From: Eledone cirrhosa
Taxonomy: Eukaryota
Assembly: GCA_964016885.1 (NCBI GenBank)
Contig: OZ024742.1
Span: 351,168,001 to 351,232,000 of the forward strand
DNA length: 64,000 nt
Reading direction: 5' to 3'
The translations under genes were made by a program, and so were the position numbers. Below are positions 1 to 14,351 of the stretch, one piece after another (positions within the stretch are counted from its first letter, which is position 1; each line of letters begins with the position of its first letter). The notes under the pieces were generated by a model. It worked only from the letters and a program-made list of their open reading frames with translations. It was not told the origin of the DNA and did not search any database.

Positions 1-359
1 CAACGAGTAGATGCAGATATACATCAGTAGGATTAGTCAACCGTTATGATAAGAAATAGATCGTGACACGGATTCTTTCTAGGCAGAACATCTCTTAATA
101 TGTTATACCTTCATGGAAAGCTTTTCAACGTTAAATAAAATATGGTTTTCTATATATATATTAATAATTAAATATTTATCTCTAATTAACCTGTCTACGG
201 CTCAGAATAATAATGTTCGGAAAATAATGATTTCCTGTCTAGACAAAATACGAACTATGAAAGGAAATAATGTAGACATGGCACGATTGCAGAAACAGCC
301 AAACAAATATTTAAAGAAATACGTATAAAATATCCCGGAAAAGTATTAGGTTTAGTAAA

Positions 360-675
360 CTATGACCATGGGATTTGGACGTAGAAGGTTTCCTTCCGAG
401 ACACACGTCCGGGCAAAGTTGTTTTTGGAAGACCAGCAGTCGTCCATGCCTACCAGATGACCCTCTCCATGCCACCGATGATGTCCAAGGGAAAGGCAAT
501 GGCCGATATAGCTTGACACCAGTGACATCGCAACTGTTTTCTAAAGCAGAGTAAACTGGAGCAATTTGAAATAAAGTGTCTTGATCAAGGCTACAACCCA
601 TCAACCGGTTCAAGAATTGGACTCAAAACCTTACGATTGCCAGCCGAATGATTTAACTACTAAACCATGTGCCTT
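360..675 (-). mobile_element. tRNA-derived SINE (decayed)
   Basis: Minus strand begins GGCACATGGTTTAGTAGTT (A-box-like), then a degenerate B-box region, then CCTTGATCAAGACACTTTATTTCAAATTGCTCCAG; a related copy is at ~48780-49042. Confidence 0.7.
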
Positions 676-684
676 CACGTGAAA

Positions 685-727
<43 letters not shown>

Positions 728-728
728 T

Positions 729-821
<93 letters not shown>

Positions 822-940
822 TAAACAGGTGAAACTCCAGAGTAACAAGACTCACTATTTAGCTTTAATAAAATGAATATTAAAACTCTACTTCGGTATT
901 GAGTATTCTTTACTCTCATCCTTCAATGACATACGGAGAA

Positions 941-1051
<111 letters not shown>

Positions 1052-1589
1052 AAGAGAGAGGGGGAGAAATAGAACAAGATAGCGATTTGAATGGCATATT
1101 TGGCGGCTTTGCGGTTTATGTAGGGGTAGAGTGTCATGGACGTAATGTGATATAGAAAAATTGAGAGAGAGAGTTGACAGATTCAGGAAAAGAAAGATGT
1201 ATAGGACGCTGTACATAACATCAAAACTATAGGGACTATTTAACGGAAATAGCGAAAAGAAACACAGGAAAGCTAAGAGAGACGTCGACGGCAGATAGAA
1301 AGATATATATATATATATGTAGAGGTTATATTTAATTTGTTGGGATACAACAAGCAAAATATTGTTATTACTGATATAAAGCACTCAACAAATTATTGGA
1401 GTAAACATATCCAGGAGATTCCAACCAGAATGGTTGCATTATTTCAGGGTATGTCAATATTTATTTATAAAACTAACCTATATTATATTTGATCTGATAA
1501 AAGCGCACCATAGTTTACCTTGGTGGCCCTTGAAATATGTATAATGAAATAAATATGGTTTTATAAATATAGTTTCCATTTGATAATAT

Positions 1590-1742
<153 letters not shown>

Positions 1743-2280
1743 AATAGAGTGAGAGAGAGAGAGAGAGAGAGAGAAGAGGGTATAAAATAAACAAGGGAAG
1801 TAAAAATTACAAAGCACGTTTAGAAGCCATAATAGTAAAGAGGCAAAGTGCCAACAAGAGATCACTTGTATGATGTAAATATCAACTAAACGACTCTCAT
1901 ATCAGATCAAAGTAACTTAAATTAGGTTAGATATTCCAAGTCTACTGGGAATCAATGTAGAATTAGTGTAGTTGTAATACATATTTTCATAGATAAACAG
2001 TATTAATGGTGATGTTGGTCTAAAGAAAACGATCAAAATAAGATCGTCGAAGAATATATTATATTCATTTCAAACAGAGAAGCAATGTATATATAATAAT
2101 ATACACACACACATAGTATATATATGCGAGACAAACCAGAACAGAAACACAAAACTCCATCTCGATTTTACTTTTGAAAAAGATAAGAACTGTGAAACCG
2201 GTAGAGTTAATAAATAAATATTCTTAAAAGTCTCCGGCTATATTTAAAGAAATTTCTTTTTCTTATACGTTCACCCGTGT

Positions 2281-2485
2281 AGGGCATGTCGTGTTTTCTT
2301 TTTGTATAAAAAGAATCATGTTCTTCTATCTATATCAACCCGCTCGCTCCCTCAATCTATCTTATTTCTCATGTTTTCTTCTGATGAGGGACTGGAGTCC
2401 GAAACGTTAAGCCCTTCTTCGTGCTATATCAAGCGTTAGCCTAATATATCCCATCCATAACGATTGTGTTGTTATTTATGTTTAC

Positions 2486-2490
<5 letters not shown>
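2281..2490 (+). mobile_element. Solo PLE pseudo-LTR fragment ending in (TA)n
   Basis: Homologous to the reverse complement of ~54960-55145 (GAAACGTTAAG..GCTATATCAAGCGTTA.CCTAATATA..CGATTGTGTTGTTATTT.TGTTTACC); carries a minimal hammerhead. Confidence 0.65.
2378..2411 (+). ncRNA. Minimal type I hammerhead ribozyme
   Basis: CTT-CTGATGA-G-GGAC/TGGA/GTCC-GAAAC-GTT-AAG: stem I CTT/AAG, stem II GGAC/GTCC, palindromic stem III ACGT, GUU triplet. Confidence 0.75.
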
Positions 2491-2573
<83 letters not shown>

Positions 2574-2582
2574 ATATTATAT

Positions 2583-2614
<32 letters not shown>

Positions 2615-2615
2615 A

Positions 2616-2665
<50 letters not shown>

Positions 2666-2690
2666 ATATATATATTATATATATATATAT

Positions 2691-2721
<31 letters not shown>

Positions 2722-2751
2722 ATATTATATATATATTATATATATATATAT

Positions 2752-2782
<31 letters not shown>

Positions 2783-2815
2783 ATATATTATATATATATA
2801 TATATATATTTATAT

Positions 2816-3847
2816 ATAAAATATTAAACAAATAATGAATAAACAATTCCTTATATTAAACAAAAAAAGTTCATTATTTAACGATCGTTTCTAGGGTATA
2901 TATGTGTTATAATTGGTATGCATATTCAACAGATCTATGTACAAAATTATACAAAATTATACAAATTATCAAGATTAAATATACATACCTAACACATATA
3001 TACGCCGTCTTCAGAAATAATGAAGTATATTTATTGATAATAACAACAATTCAAAATATCAGTTCAAAATTGACCAATGAAAACACAAAGGGTTAAAAGC
3101 AGTTCGGTGTGTGTATATACATGTAAAATCCCTACACATATTTTACAAAAATGTGTGTATAATTTGTATACGCATACTAAAAAGATGGATGCAAACACAA
3201 AATTTCAAGGTTAATATCTCTGTAAGCTTAATGCGCTGATAAGATGCGCATTGATACTTATGGAGTCAAGCATATAAATATATTTTTTCATACTCACACA
3301 TATCAGTATAATCACACATACATGCGCGTATATGCATAAATATACACATAACCACGAACATACAAACACACACACTCCCCCACTCACATTTATATATGTG
3401 GATATAAAATCATAAGCACATAGAAATTAAGTCACTCACATAAAACACTGGCACACACATTTCAAGATCAAGATACAGAAATTAGGTGGGAGGGGGGGGA
3501 GGGGTCAGTATTCAATTGTCTGAGCAGACTGCCTAATATAAATGTATCTATAAATTAAGAAAAATAAAAAAAAAAATAAAAAAATAAAACAATAAAATAT
3601 AATAAAATATACATACACATACAGATATATATACACATACATACATGTACGCGCACATAGAGATATTTACGCATACACACATACACACATACATATACAG
3701 TCATACACACACATACACTTACACGAACATACACATACACATATAAAAAGATATATATATATACACACACACACGCGCAACACATACACACATACACATA
3801 TATATAAAAAATAGATAATAAAGATATATATCCATATATATATATAT

Positions 3848-3900
<53 letters not shown>

Positions 3901-3989
3901 TATACATATACATACACATACATCTAAATATACATACACATACATACACACATACATGTACATACATGTACATACATATACGCACATCG

Positions 3990-4026
<37 letters not shown>

Positions 4027-4349
4027 TATACACTCACATAGACATATAGATACATACACACACAACTTACATACACACGTATATATATATATATAGATGT
4101 ACCTTCATACATAGAATTAGATATATAATCATACATACATATGCACCTACTTATACTCATATATATAAATACATACGCTTCCACATATGTGTATATACAT
4201 AAAAAACCATACAACCTCACCAAACTCAGACATACAAATAAAAATAATAATAAAAAGGCATATGTATATACATACACACACGCATTAATAGAGATATATA
4301 CATATACACACATACATACACATATATATATATATACACACATATATAT

Positions 4350-4406
<57 letters not shown>

Positions 4407-4883
4407 TAGACTCATACACATATATATATATATACATATACATAAATATATATATCCACACACTCATACCACCATAAATACACATACAAACACCCACATG
4501 TATATATATATATATATCTACATACACACACGTATACATATATATATATATATATACATATACATACATATATACACACACATAAAAAACAGACATGCAC
4601 ATATATATATATATATATATTTTATTACTCTTATATATACACATATTATATATACATACACAACCTCACTTATACACATATACACATAAGTTATATTATA
4701 ATAATAAAGAAGAATAATATACATATATATATATACATATACATATATATATATATATATATATACATACATACATACACATACATACATACACATAAAT
4801 ATATACATACATAAATACACACATACTAAAAAAGACATATATTCACACATAGACACCTATATATATATATATATATATATATC

Positions 4884-4921
<38 letters not shown>

Positions 4922-6064
4922 CATATACACACACACACACAGACACACATACACACTCACATATATATATATATATATGTGTATGTGTGTGTGCGCACAT
5001 ACACATATATACACACACACATACAAACACACACAAACACATACATATGTATAGGTGCACACACACACACATATATCACATAGATACGAAGATAAAGATA
5101 TAAATAGAGAGACATACATATATATACAAACACACATACACATACATACATACACGCATATACATATACATACATATATACACATATATATATTCCTATA
5201 TATACAAGCATACACATACATACACATATATACACATACATACACATATACATACAACACATTCACATACACATACATATATAATGCATATATATACATA
5301 TATATACATACATATGTATGTACAATCATATATACACACACAATCTTACATTCATATTTGCATGCTCATATATGTATTTTTATATTTAGATATAAATACC
5401 CAAACCTATATAGACACCTATCTACATATATATTCATACATAGACGCTTACAAATACAGATGATAATAGTATGGGGGAAAGGGGGGGTTTGGAGAAGGGG
5501 ATCAAAGTAAATATATGTTTCAAGAAACATATAATATTTTCCGTATCTTAATTCAATGTATGTTCTTACATATTTTCAGTGCTAGGAAATACGAAATCTA
5601 TGCATCTCAAAATAAATAAGTATACCATTAATCATATGTTAACTAAACCAAAGATAGTCAACATATTGATTTCTAAGGTGTAAATTAGTTAGGTTTATAA
5701 TATTTGAAGCAGAATTTTGAAGTCAAACAGTAGTAGATTATTAATTACATTATAACTAAATTAAAGTTAATAACGTTATGGTATCAATATTAGGAGATGA
5801 ATTTAGTAATAGGGAAAAGAAACCCAAATAAAAATAAAATAAAGTATTACATCGGTAGTAGCATATAAATTATATGTTAACTAAATTAAAAATTATATAT
5901 TTATTTCAATAGTATACGTTAATTAGTATATGTTAATTAGGTATACAATACATAAAGCAGATATTGTATTTCATCAATAGCATAATATAATTATATGCAA
6001 ATAGAAATCAAAATTAATACGCATACATATACATATACATACACATACACATATACATACATAT

Positions 6065-6115
<51 letters not shown>

Positions 6116-6588
6116 TACACATATATACATACATACAGATACACATACACAACACACACATATACATACACATATACATATACATATCTTTTTCAAAAAA
6201 TTGCACAGAATATATTAACTAGGTATATATCCAAAACACATCCCATTCTATGATTACATGACATTCTGCAATTCGTCTGTATAAGGATACTAATTTTAAG
6301 CAAATTAAAATTAAAATTTTTAGGTTGATTAAAACTAAAACCAAATAATAAATATATTTCCAAAATGTATATTAATTAGGTCTATAATACTAAAAATTAT
6401 TTCTCCGTCATTGGATACATGATATTATTTTGTTATATTTTATCTGTAAAAGAATTATAATAAAAGGTTTAAATAAATTAAAATTAATTTATAAATTAAA
6501 TTACTAAGTATATATTAGTAATATTTAAAGGTTTTTCACAATTTATGATTACATAATATTTTCTCATCTGTAATAAAATATTAATTAA
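2816..6588 (-). repeat. Left arm of giant inverted repeat (partner 8544-12061)
   Basis: Identical mirrored ORF translations (2902-3096 + and 11781-11975 -); near-perfect base match except microsatellite lengths and one ~240-bp indel (about 4621-4857). Confidence 0.95.
2870..3024 (-). ncRNA. Hammerhead ribozyme with expanded stem II (mirror copy)
   Basis: Reverse complement of 11853-12007. Confidence 0.7.
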
Positions 6589-8487
6589 GATCACAAATCT
6601 AACTTTAACTCTAATCCTTCTATTAGACTTATATGTCCCTCCAAATCAGATATTGGAATAATTAGCAAAAAAATTTTAGATAGAGTCATCCCACAAATAA
6701 GAAAACACGTTATTTTACCACTCTGGGAAAACACCTCCCAGGTAATTAACTGGTTTAAAAATATTAGGTGTAAATCTTCTGCTTCCTTCCTACAATTTGA
6801 TATAGATAATTACTATTCTTCTATATCACCTATACTCCTGAACAAAGCATTAATATTTGCTAAAAATAGATCTAATTTAACTTCGGATGACATTAACATT
6901 ATTACACATGCTAGACTAACACTTATTGAATTTCAGAATGAATACTGGACCAGAAACACATACAGTAATCTTTTTGATATTACTATGGGTTCAAGCGATT
7001 CCGCCCAAATTACTGATCTTGTGGGCCTCTTTCTCCTTTTCAACATAAATGCCTCTTTTCCCCACCTCAAAGGTGGTTTATATCGTGATGACTGTCTTCT
7101 TCTTTCTAACAACCTTAGCCTTTCAGAAATCGAAAAAAACAAAAAACATATTAGAACTTTCCTTAAAGACTATTATAATCTTAATATTACTTTTGAAAAA
7201 ACAAGTAAAGTAGTAAATTTCCTAGATATAACTTTAGATTTAGCTACGGGTATATACCAACCTTACCATAAACCTAACCAAAACTTACATTACATACACT
7301 CACAATCTAATCACCCTAAATCTATCCTTAAAAACCTTGCATATAATATATCACTTAGAATTTCTAACCTTTCTTCTAACCAAGATGTATTTGATAAAAA
7401 TGCGACCTTTTATAATGAAGCTCTAGATAGAAGTGGCCACAAAAATAGATTAGAGTATATACCTTCTACTAAAAATACTGAAAGCATACAGCATAATATT
7501 ACCAACAAACACCAAATGAAAAGTACACACCTAAATGCCACCCACAATATACCCCAAAATACTAAATCTTCTAATATAAAGTATAGTAACCCTCAAAAAA
7601 CTACTCATCATACAACTATAATAAATATTAATAATAAAACTCCTAATAAAAAAGATAAAACACCTAAATCTACAAATATAACTAAAAATAGTTGTGGTGA
7701 GATCATTAACATTAATCCTCCTAGTAATAATCATGATACAACCTATAAAAATAATAAAAATAATAAACAACATAGAAACCGTAATAGACGAGTTACTTGG
7801 TATAATGCTCCTTTTAATTTACAAGTTAAGGATAATATTGCTAAAAAATTTTTTTATATCCTTGAGAAAAACTTCCCGCCAAACCACAAATACCATCAAA
7901 TCTTAAATAGGTCTACAGTTAAATTCTCATACTCTACAACAAATAACATAAAACAAAATATAAGTGCATATAATGCATATAAATGTAAGAAAACCATAAG
8001 TATACCACCAGTACATCAAATTAACAATAATATCTCCTCAAATACAGAATTAACGAAAGGATGTAACTGTAGAAACAAAACAAACTGCCCATTAAAAGGG
8101 AATTGTCTTGTTAACAACATAGTCTATAAATGTAATGTTAAAACTAAAGATTCTATTTGCTCATATATAGGAGCTACCTCTAACAATTTTAAGACAAGGT
8201 TTAATACCCACAAGCATAGTTTTAAAAATGCCGCACTGGCTAATACAACATCTCTAGCAGAAAAAATCAATAGTTATAAAAATAAGAATATAAAATATGA
8301 TTTGACCTGGAGTGTGCTCAAAAGAGCCACCCCTTATCAAAATAATAGAAAGGAATGTAGATTATGTTCCCAAGAACTATTTGAAATAATGAGGTCTAAG
8401 GATATCTTATTAAATAAACGACAGGAATTAATTATATCGTGTAATCATAAACTAAAAAAAACATTTAAATATTATAAACCTAATTAA
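6589..8487 (+). pseudogene. PLE reverse transcriptase + C-terminal GIY-YIG endonuclease, uninterrupted but 5'-truncated frame
   Basis: Frame is open from DHKSNF..IRLICPSKSDIG through FLQFDIDNYYSSI, MGSSDSAQ, GLYRDD, VNFLDITLDL, SNHP, CNCRNKTNCPLKGNC, IVYKC..YIGATSNNFKTRF, CRLC and CNHK; the ATG at 6985 is internal. Confidence 0.92.
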
Positions 8488-9016
8488 TAACATTATTCTA
8501 GAAATTAATTTAATTTAAATGTTAGTTAACTTATAAATTTAATTTAATTAATATTTTATTACAGATGAGAAAATATTATGTAATCATAAATTGTGAAAAA
8601 CCTTTAAATATTACTAATATATACTTAGTAATTTAATTTATAAATTAATTTTAATTTATTTAAACCTTTTATTATAATTCTTTTACAGATAAAATATAAC
8701 AAAATAATATCATGTATCCAATGACGGAGAAATAATTTTTAGTATTATAGACCTAATTAATATACATTTTGGAAATATATTTATTATTTGGTTTTAGTTT
8801 TAATCAACCTAAAAATTTTAATTTTAATTTGCTTAAAATTAGTATCCTTATACAGACGAATTGCAGAATGTCATGTAATCATAGAATGGGATGTGTTTTG
8901 GATATATACCTAGTTAATATATTCTGTGCAATTTTTTGAAAAAGATATGTATATGTATATGTGTATGTATATGTGTGTGTTGTGTATGTGTATCTGTATG
9001 TATGTATATATGTGTA

Positions 9017-9077
<61 letters not shown>

Positions 9078-10227
9078 ATATGTATGTATATGTGTATGTG
9101 TATGTATATGTATATGTATGCGTATTAATTTTGATTTCTATTTGCATATAATTATATTATGCTATTGATGAAATACAATATCTGCTTTATGTATTGTATA
9201 CCTAATTAACATATACTAATTAACGTATACTATTGAAATAAATATATAATTTTTAATTTAGTTAACATATAATTTATATGCTACTACCGATGTAATACTT
9301 TATTTTATTTTTATTTGGGTTTCTTTTCCCTATTACTAAATTCATCTCCTAATATTGATACCATAACGTTATTAACTTTAATTTAGTTATAATGTAATTA
9401 ATAATCTACTACTGTTTGACTTCAAAATTCTGCTTCAAATATTATAAACCTAACTAATTTACACCTTAGAAATCAATATGTTGACTATCTTTGGTTTAGT
9501 TAACATATGATTAATGGTATACTTATTTATTTTGAGATGCATAGATTTCGTATTTCCTAGCACTGAAAATATGTAAGAACATACATTGAATTAAGATACG
9601 GAAAATATTATATGTTTCTTGAAACATATATTTACTTTGATCCCCTTCTCCAAACCCCCCCTTTCCCCCATACTATTATCATCTGTATTTGTAAGCGTCT
9701 ATGTATGAATATATATGTAGATAGGTGTCTATATAGGTTTGGGTATTTATATCTAAATATAAAAATACATATATGAGCATGCAAATATGAATGTAAGATT
9801 GTGTGTGTATATATGATTGTACATACATATGTATGTATATATATGTATATATATGCATTATATATGTATGTGTATGTGAATGTGTTGTATGTATATGTGT
9901 ATGTATGTGTATATATGTGTATGTATGTGTATGCTTGTATATATAGGAATATATATATGTGTATATATGTATGTATATGTATATGCGTGTATGTATGTAT
10001 GTGTATGTGTGTTGTGTATATATATGTATGTCTCTCTATTTATATCTTTATCTTCGTATCTATGTGATATATGTGTGTGTGTGTGCACCTATACATATGT
10101 ATGTGTTTGTGTGTGTTTGTATGTGTGTGTGTATATATGTGTATGTGCGCACACACACATACACATATATATATATATATATGTGAGTGTGTATGTGTGT
10201 CTGTGTGTGTGTGTGTGTGTGTATATG

Positions 10228-10265
<38 letters not shown>

Positions 10266-10480
10266 GATATATATATATATATATATGTGCATGTCTGTTT
10301 TTTATGTGTGTGTATATATGTATGTATATGTATATATATATATATATATGTATACGTGTGTGTATGTAGATATATATATATATATACATGTGGGTGTTTG
10401 TATGTGTATTTATGGTGGTATGAGTGTGTGGATATATATGTTTATGTATATGTATATATATATATATGTGTATGAGTCTA

Positions 10481-10527
<47 letters not shown>

Positions 10528-10850
10528 ATATATATGTGTGTATATATATATATATGTGTATGTATGTGTGTATATGTATATATCTCTATTAATGCGTGTG
10601 TGTATGTATATACATATGCCTTTTTATTATTATTTTTATTTGTATGTCTGAGTTTGGTGAGGTTGTATGGTTTTTTATGTATATACACATATGTGGAAGC
10701 GTATGTATTTATATATATGAGTATAAGTAGGTGCATATGTATGTATGATTATATATCTAATTCTATGTATGAAGGTACATCTATATATATATATATACGT
10801 GTGTATGTAAGTTGTGTGTGTATGTATCTATATGTCTATGTGAGTGTATA

Positions 10851-10887
<37 letters not shown>

Positions 10888-10976
10888 CGATGTGCGTATA
10901 TGTATGTACATGTATGTACATGTATGTGTGTATGTATGTGTATGTATATTTAGATGTATGTGTATGTATATGTATA

Positions 10977-11031
<55 letters not shown>

Positions 11032-11852
11032 ATATATATATATATGGATATATATCTTTATTATCTATTTTTTATATATATGTGTATGTGTGTATGTGTT
11101 GCGCGTGTGTGTGTGTATATATATATCTTTTTATATGTGTATGTGTATGTTCGTGTAAGTGTATGTGTGTGTATGACTGTATATGTATGTGTGTATGTGT
11201 GTATGCGTAAATATCTCTATGTGCGCGTACATGTATGTATGTGTATATATATCTGTATGTGTATGTATATTTTATTATATTTTATTGTTTTATTTTTTTA
11301 TTTTTTTTTTATTTTTCTTAATTTATAGATACATTTATATTAGGCAGTCTGCTCAGACAATTGAATACTGACCCCTCCCCCCCCCTCCCACCTAATTTCT
11401 GTATCTTGATCTTGAAATGTGTGTGCCAGTGTTTTATGTGAGTGACTTAATTTCTATGTGCTTATGATTTTATATCCACATATATAAATGTGAGTGGGGG
11501 AGTGTGTGTGTTTGTATGTTCGTGGTTATGTGTATATTTATGCATATACGCGCATGTATGTGTGATTATACTGATATGTGTGAGTATGAAAAAATATATT
11601 TATATGCTTGACTCCATAAGTATCAATGCGCATCTTATCAGCGCATTAAGCTTACAGAGATATTAACCTTGAAATTTTGTGTTTGCATCCATCTTTTTAG
11701 TATGCGTATACAAATTATACACACATTTTTGTAAAATATGTGTAGGGATTTTACATGTATATACACACACCGAACTGCTTTTAACCCTTTGTGTTTTCAT
11801 TGGTCAATTTTGAACTGATATTTTGAATTGTTGTTATTATCAATAAATATAC

Positions 11853-12007
11853 TTCATTATTTCTGAAGACGGCGTATATATGTGTTAGGTATGTATATTT
11901 AATCTTGATAATTTGTATAATTTTGTATAATTTTGTACATAGATCTGTTGAATATGCATACCAATTATAACACATATATACCCTAGAAACGATCGTTAAA
12001 TAATGAA
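11853..12007 (+). ncRNA. Hammerhead ribozyme with ~115-nt stem II
   Basis: TTCATTATTT-CTGAAGA-[GTATATATGTGTTA/TAACACATATATAC and GGTATGTATATTTAA/TTGAATATGCATACC helices]-GAAAC-GATC-GTT-AAATAATGAA; 10-bp stem I, palindromic stem III. Confidence 0.72.
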
Positions 12008-12194
12008 CTTTTTTTGTTTAATATAAGGAATTGTTTATTCATTATTTGTTTAATATTTTATCTTGACTCTGTATACCGTTTATCTTTCACCGAAAGTGGA
12101 TTTTCATTACATCTCTTCTTTCCATGATATCCGGAGTACATTGAGTTCTTCATACGGATTGGACACTACCGTAAACTCTTGGTAGATTTATCTA

Positions 12195-12935
<741 letters not shown>

Positions 12936-13517
12936 CACACATATGTGAGTGTGTGTATGTGTGGTTCCAAAACACAAACGTACATATATAGATCGACATA
13001 ATTAATTATAAAAATCTTATTGCAGCTATATCTAACACTTCGTTTAGATCAAGACAAGTGTAATATGTTAAGAGAAGTGGTCTCATAGAGCCGATAGGGT
13101 GGGGCAAGTTAAATTGTAGGGAATTAGGAAATACAACCGTACATAAAGAGTTGAAATGTTATATCTTTTGTGAAGTAACAAGACATGTAGTTCAGTATCA
13201 AGGAAGGTAAATAGTAGAAACGTATTGTAAGATTACTTAGTTTAAGTCCAGATCGTAGCAGTTGTAACTACGTGCTTTTGTATTGGTGATAGCCATGAAT
13301 ATTTAGAGGAACTGAAGAGATAATACCAGTCATTAGATTCCGAATCTGTTTAAACTTTAGTGACGCTCACTCTACCGTTGTTGCTGCTATAATAACATAT
13401 TGAGTATATACTTTCACAAATGACTCAACTATCTCACTATCTCTCTCTCTCTCTGTATATATATATATATGGAGAAGAAGTTTATGAAATGGAAATGCGG
13501 GTATAAAGAATTTATTA

Positions 13518-13632
13518 GGTAACAATTGTTTCTATAGTGTATGGGTTACCTATACCTCGCTATTTGAATAATATAAAAATATTATCATAAACCGAAGGTA
13601 CACTGTAAGCAAACACACCATGTCGTCAGACC
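13518..13632 (-). ncRNA. Hammerhead ribozyme with branched stem II (only intact-core copy of this family)
   Basis: Minus strand GGT-CTGACGA-CATGGTGTG...TACACTATA-GAAAC-AATT-GTT-ACC-TAATAAA; tandem copies at 16445-16558, 19459-19573 and 22476-22590 have TAAAC or GAATC instead of GAAAC. Confidence 0.68.
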
Positions 13633-14351
13633 TTTGTATTGGAATGATATGAAAATATTTTATACACTAGATAAAAGAGAAAGAAGGAGGAAGGAAGAGA
13701 AGGGGAAGAGGGAAGTGAGTAAGGTGGAGGGAGTCCTAGGATTTAGGACTGTCAGACTAGTAGAGATTGTAAGGAGTGAATGTTTTGGCAGCAGTTAGCT
13801 TAATGAGGCGTGTTAGGGTTGGCGGGGGAAGTAAATTCTTCTAGTGGTGTTGTTCGGACAAAATTTAGTTAAATGGGTCAAAGTGGTACAGAGTTACAGA
13901 CAAGTTATTGTGGCTAATATAGTAGCAGGTTATTTCTAAAGGGGTCCAGAAAACAGTGATTAGTACTATTATTATAGAAAGCCATATCTTGTGTATAAAC
14001 ATTAAAAACAGAAATTTGAAATCTGTGGTGTAAAAAGGTAACATTATATGCATTTAAAAAAAGAAAAAGTCGTTTTCAAACGATGGTTACAGTATAGTGA
14101 ACAAATGGTATTACGTCGGATGTACCGCAACTTCTTTCAAAGCTCGCCTATACCAACATCGATCTTCGATCAGGCACGAGAAAATGCTCTCCGTAACAAC
14201 CCTCGCCGATAAAGCCTGGCAGCTCCTGAGGAACAATCAAGCATTCTACCTTGATTGACAAATGATTGTGATGCGCCTGCATATAAGCAAAATCAACGAT
14301 TCTGTCAATTATGCAAATTGAGATATACTGCATTTTAACGTCGGTAAACAA

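Noticed and set aside
2169-2207. Third UUGAAAA-core hammerhead
   Set aside because: Stem II does not pair, and the homologous copy at ~42684-42720 does not conserve the core.
2816-12061. Large TIR DNA transposon (Polinton/foldback) interpretation
   Set aside because: The spacer encodes PLE RT/GIY-YIG, the arms are its 3' UTR and are asymmetric, and there is no transposase or integrase.
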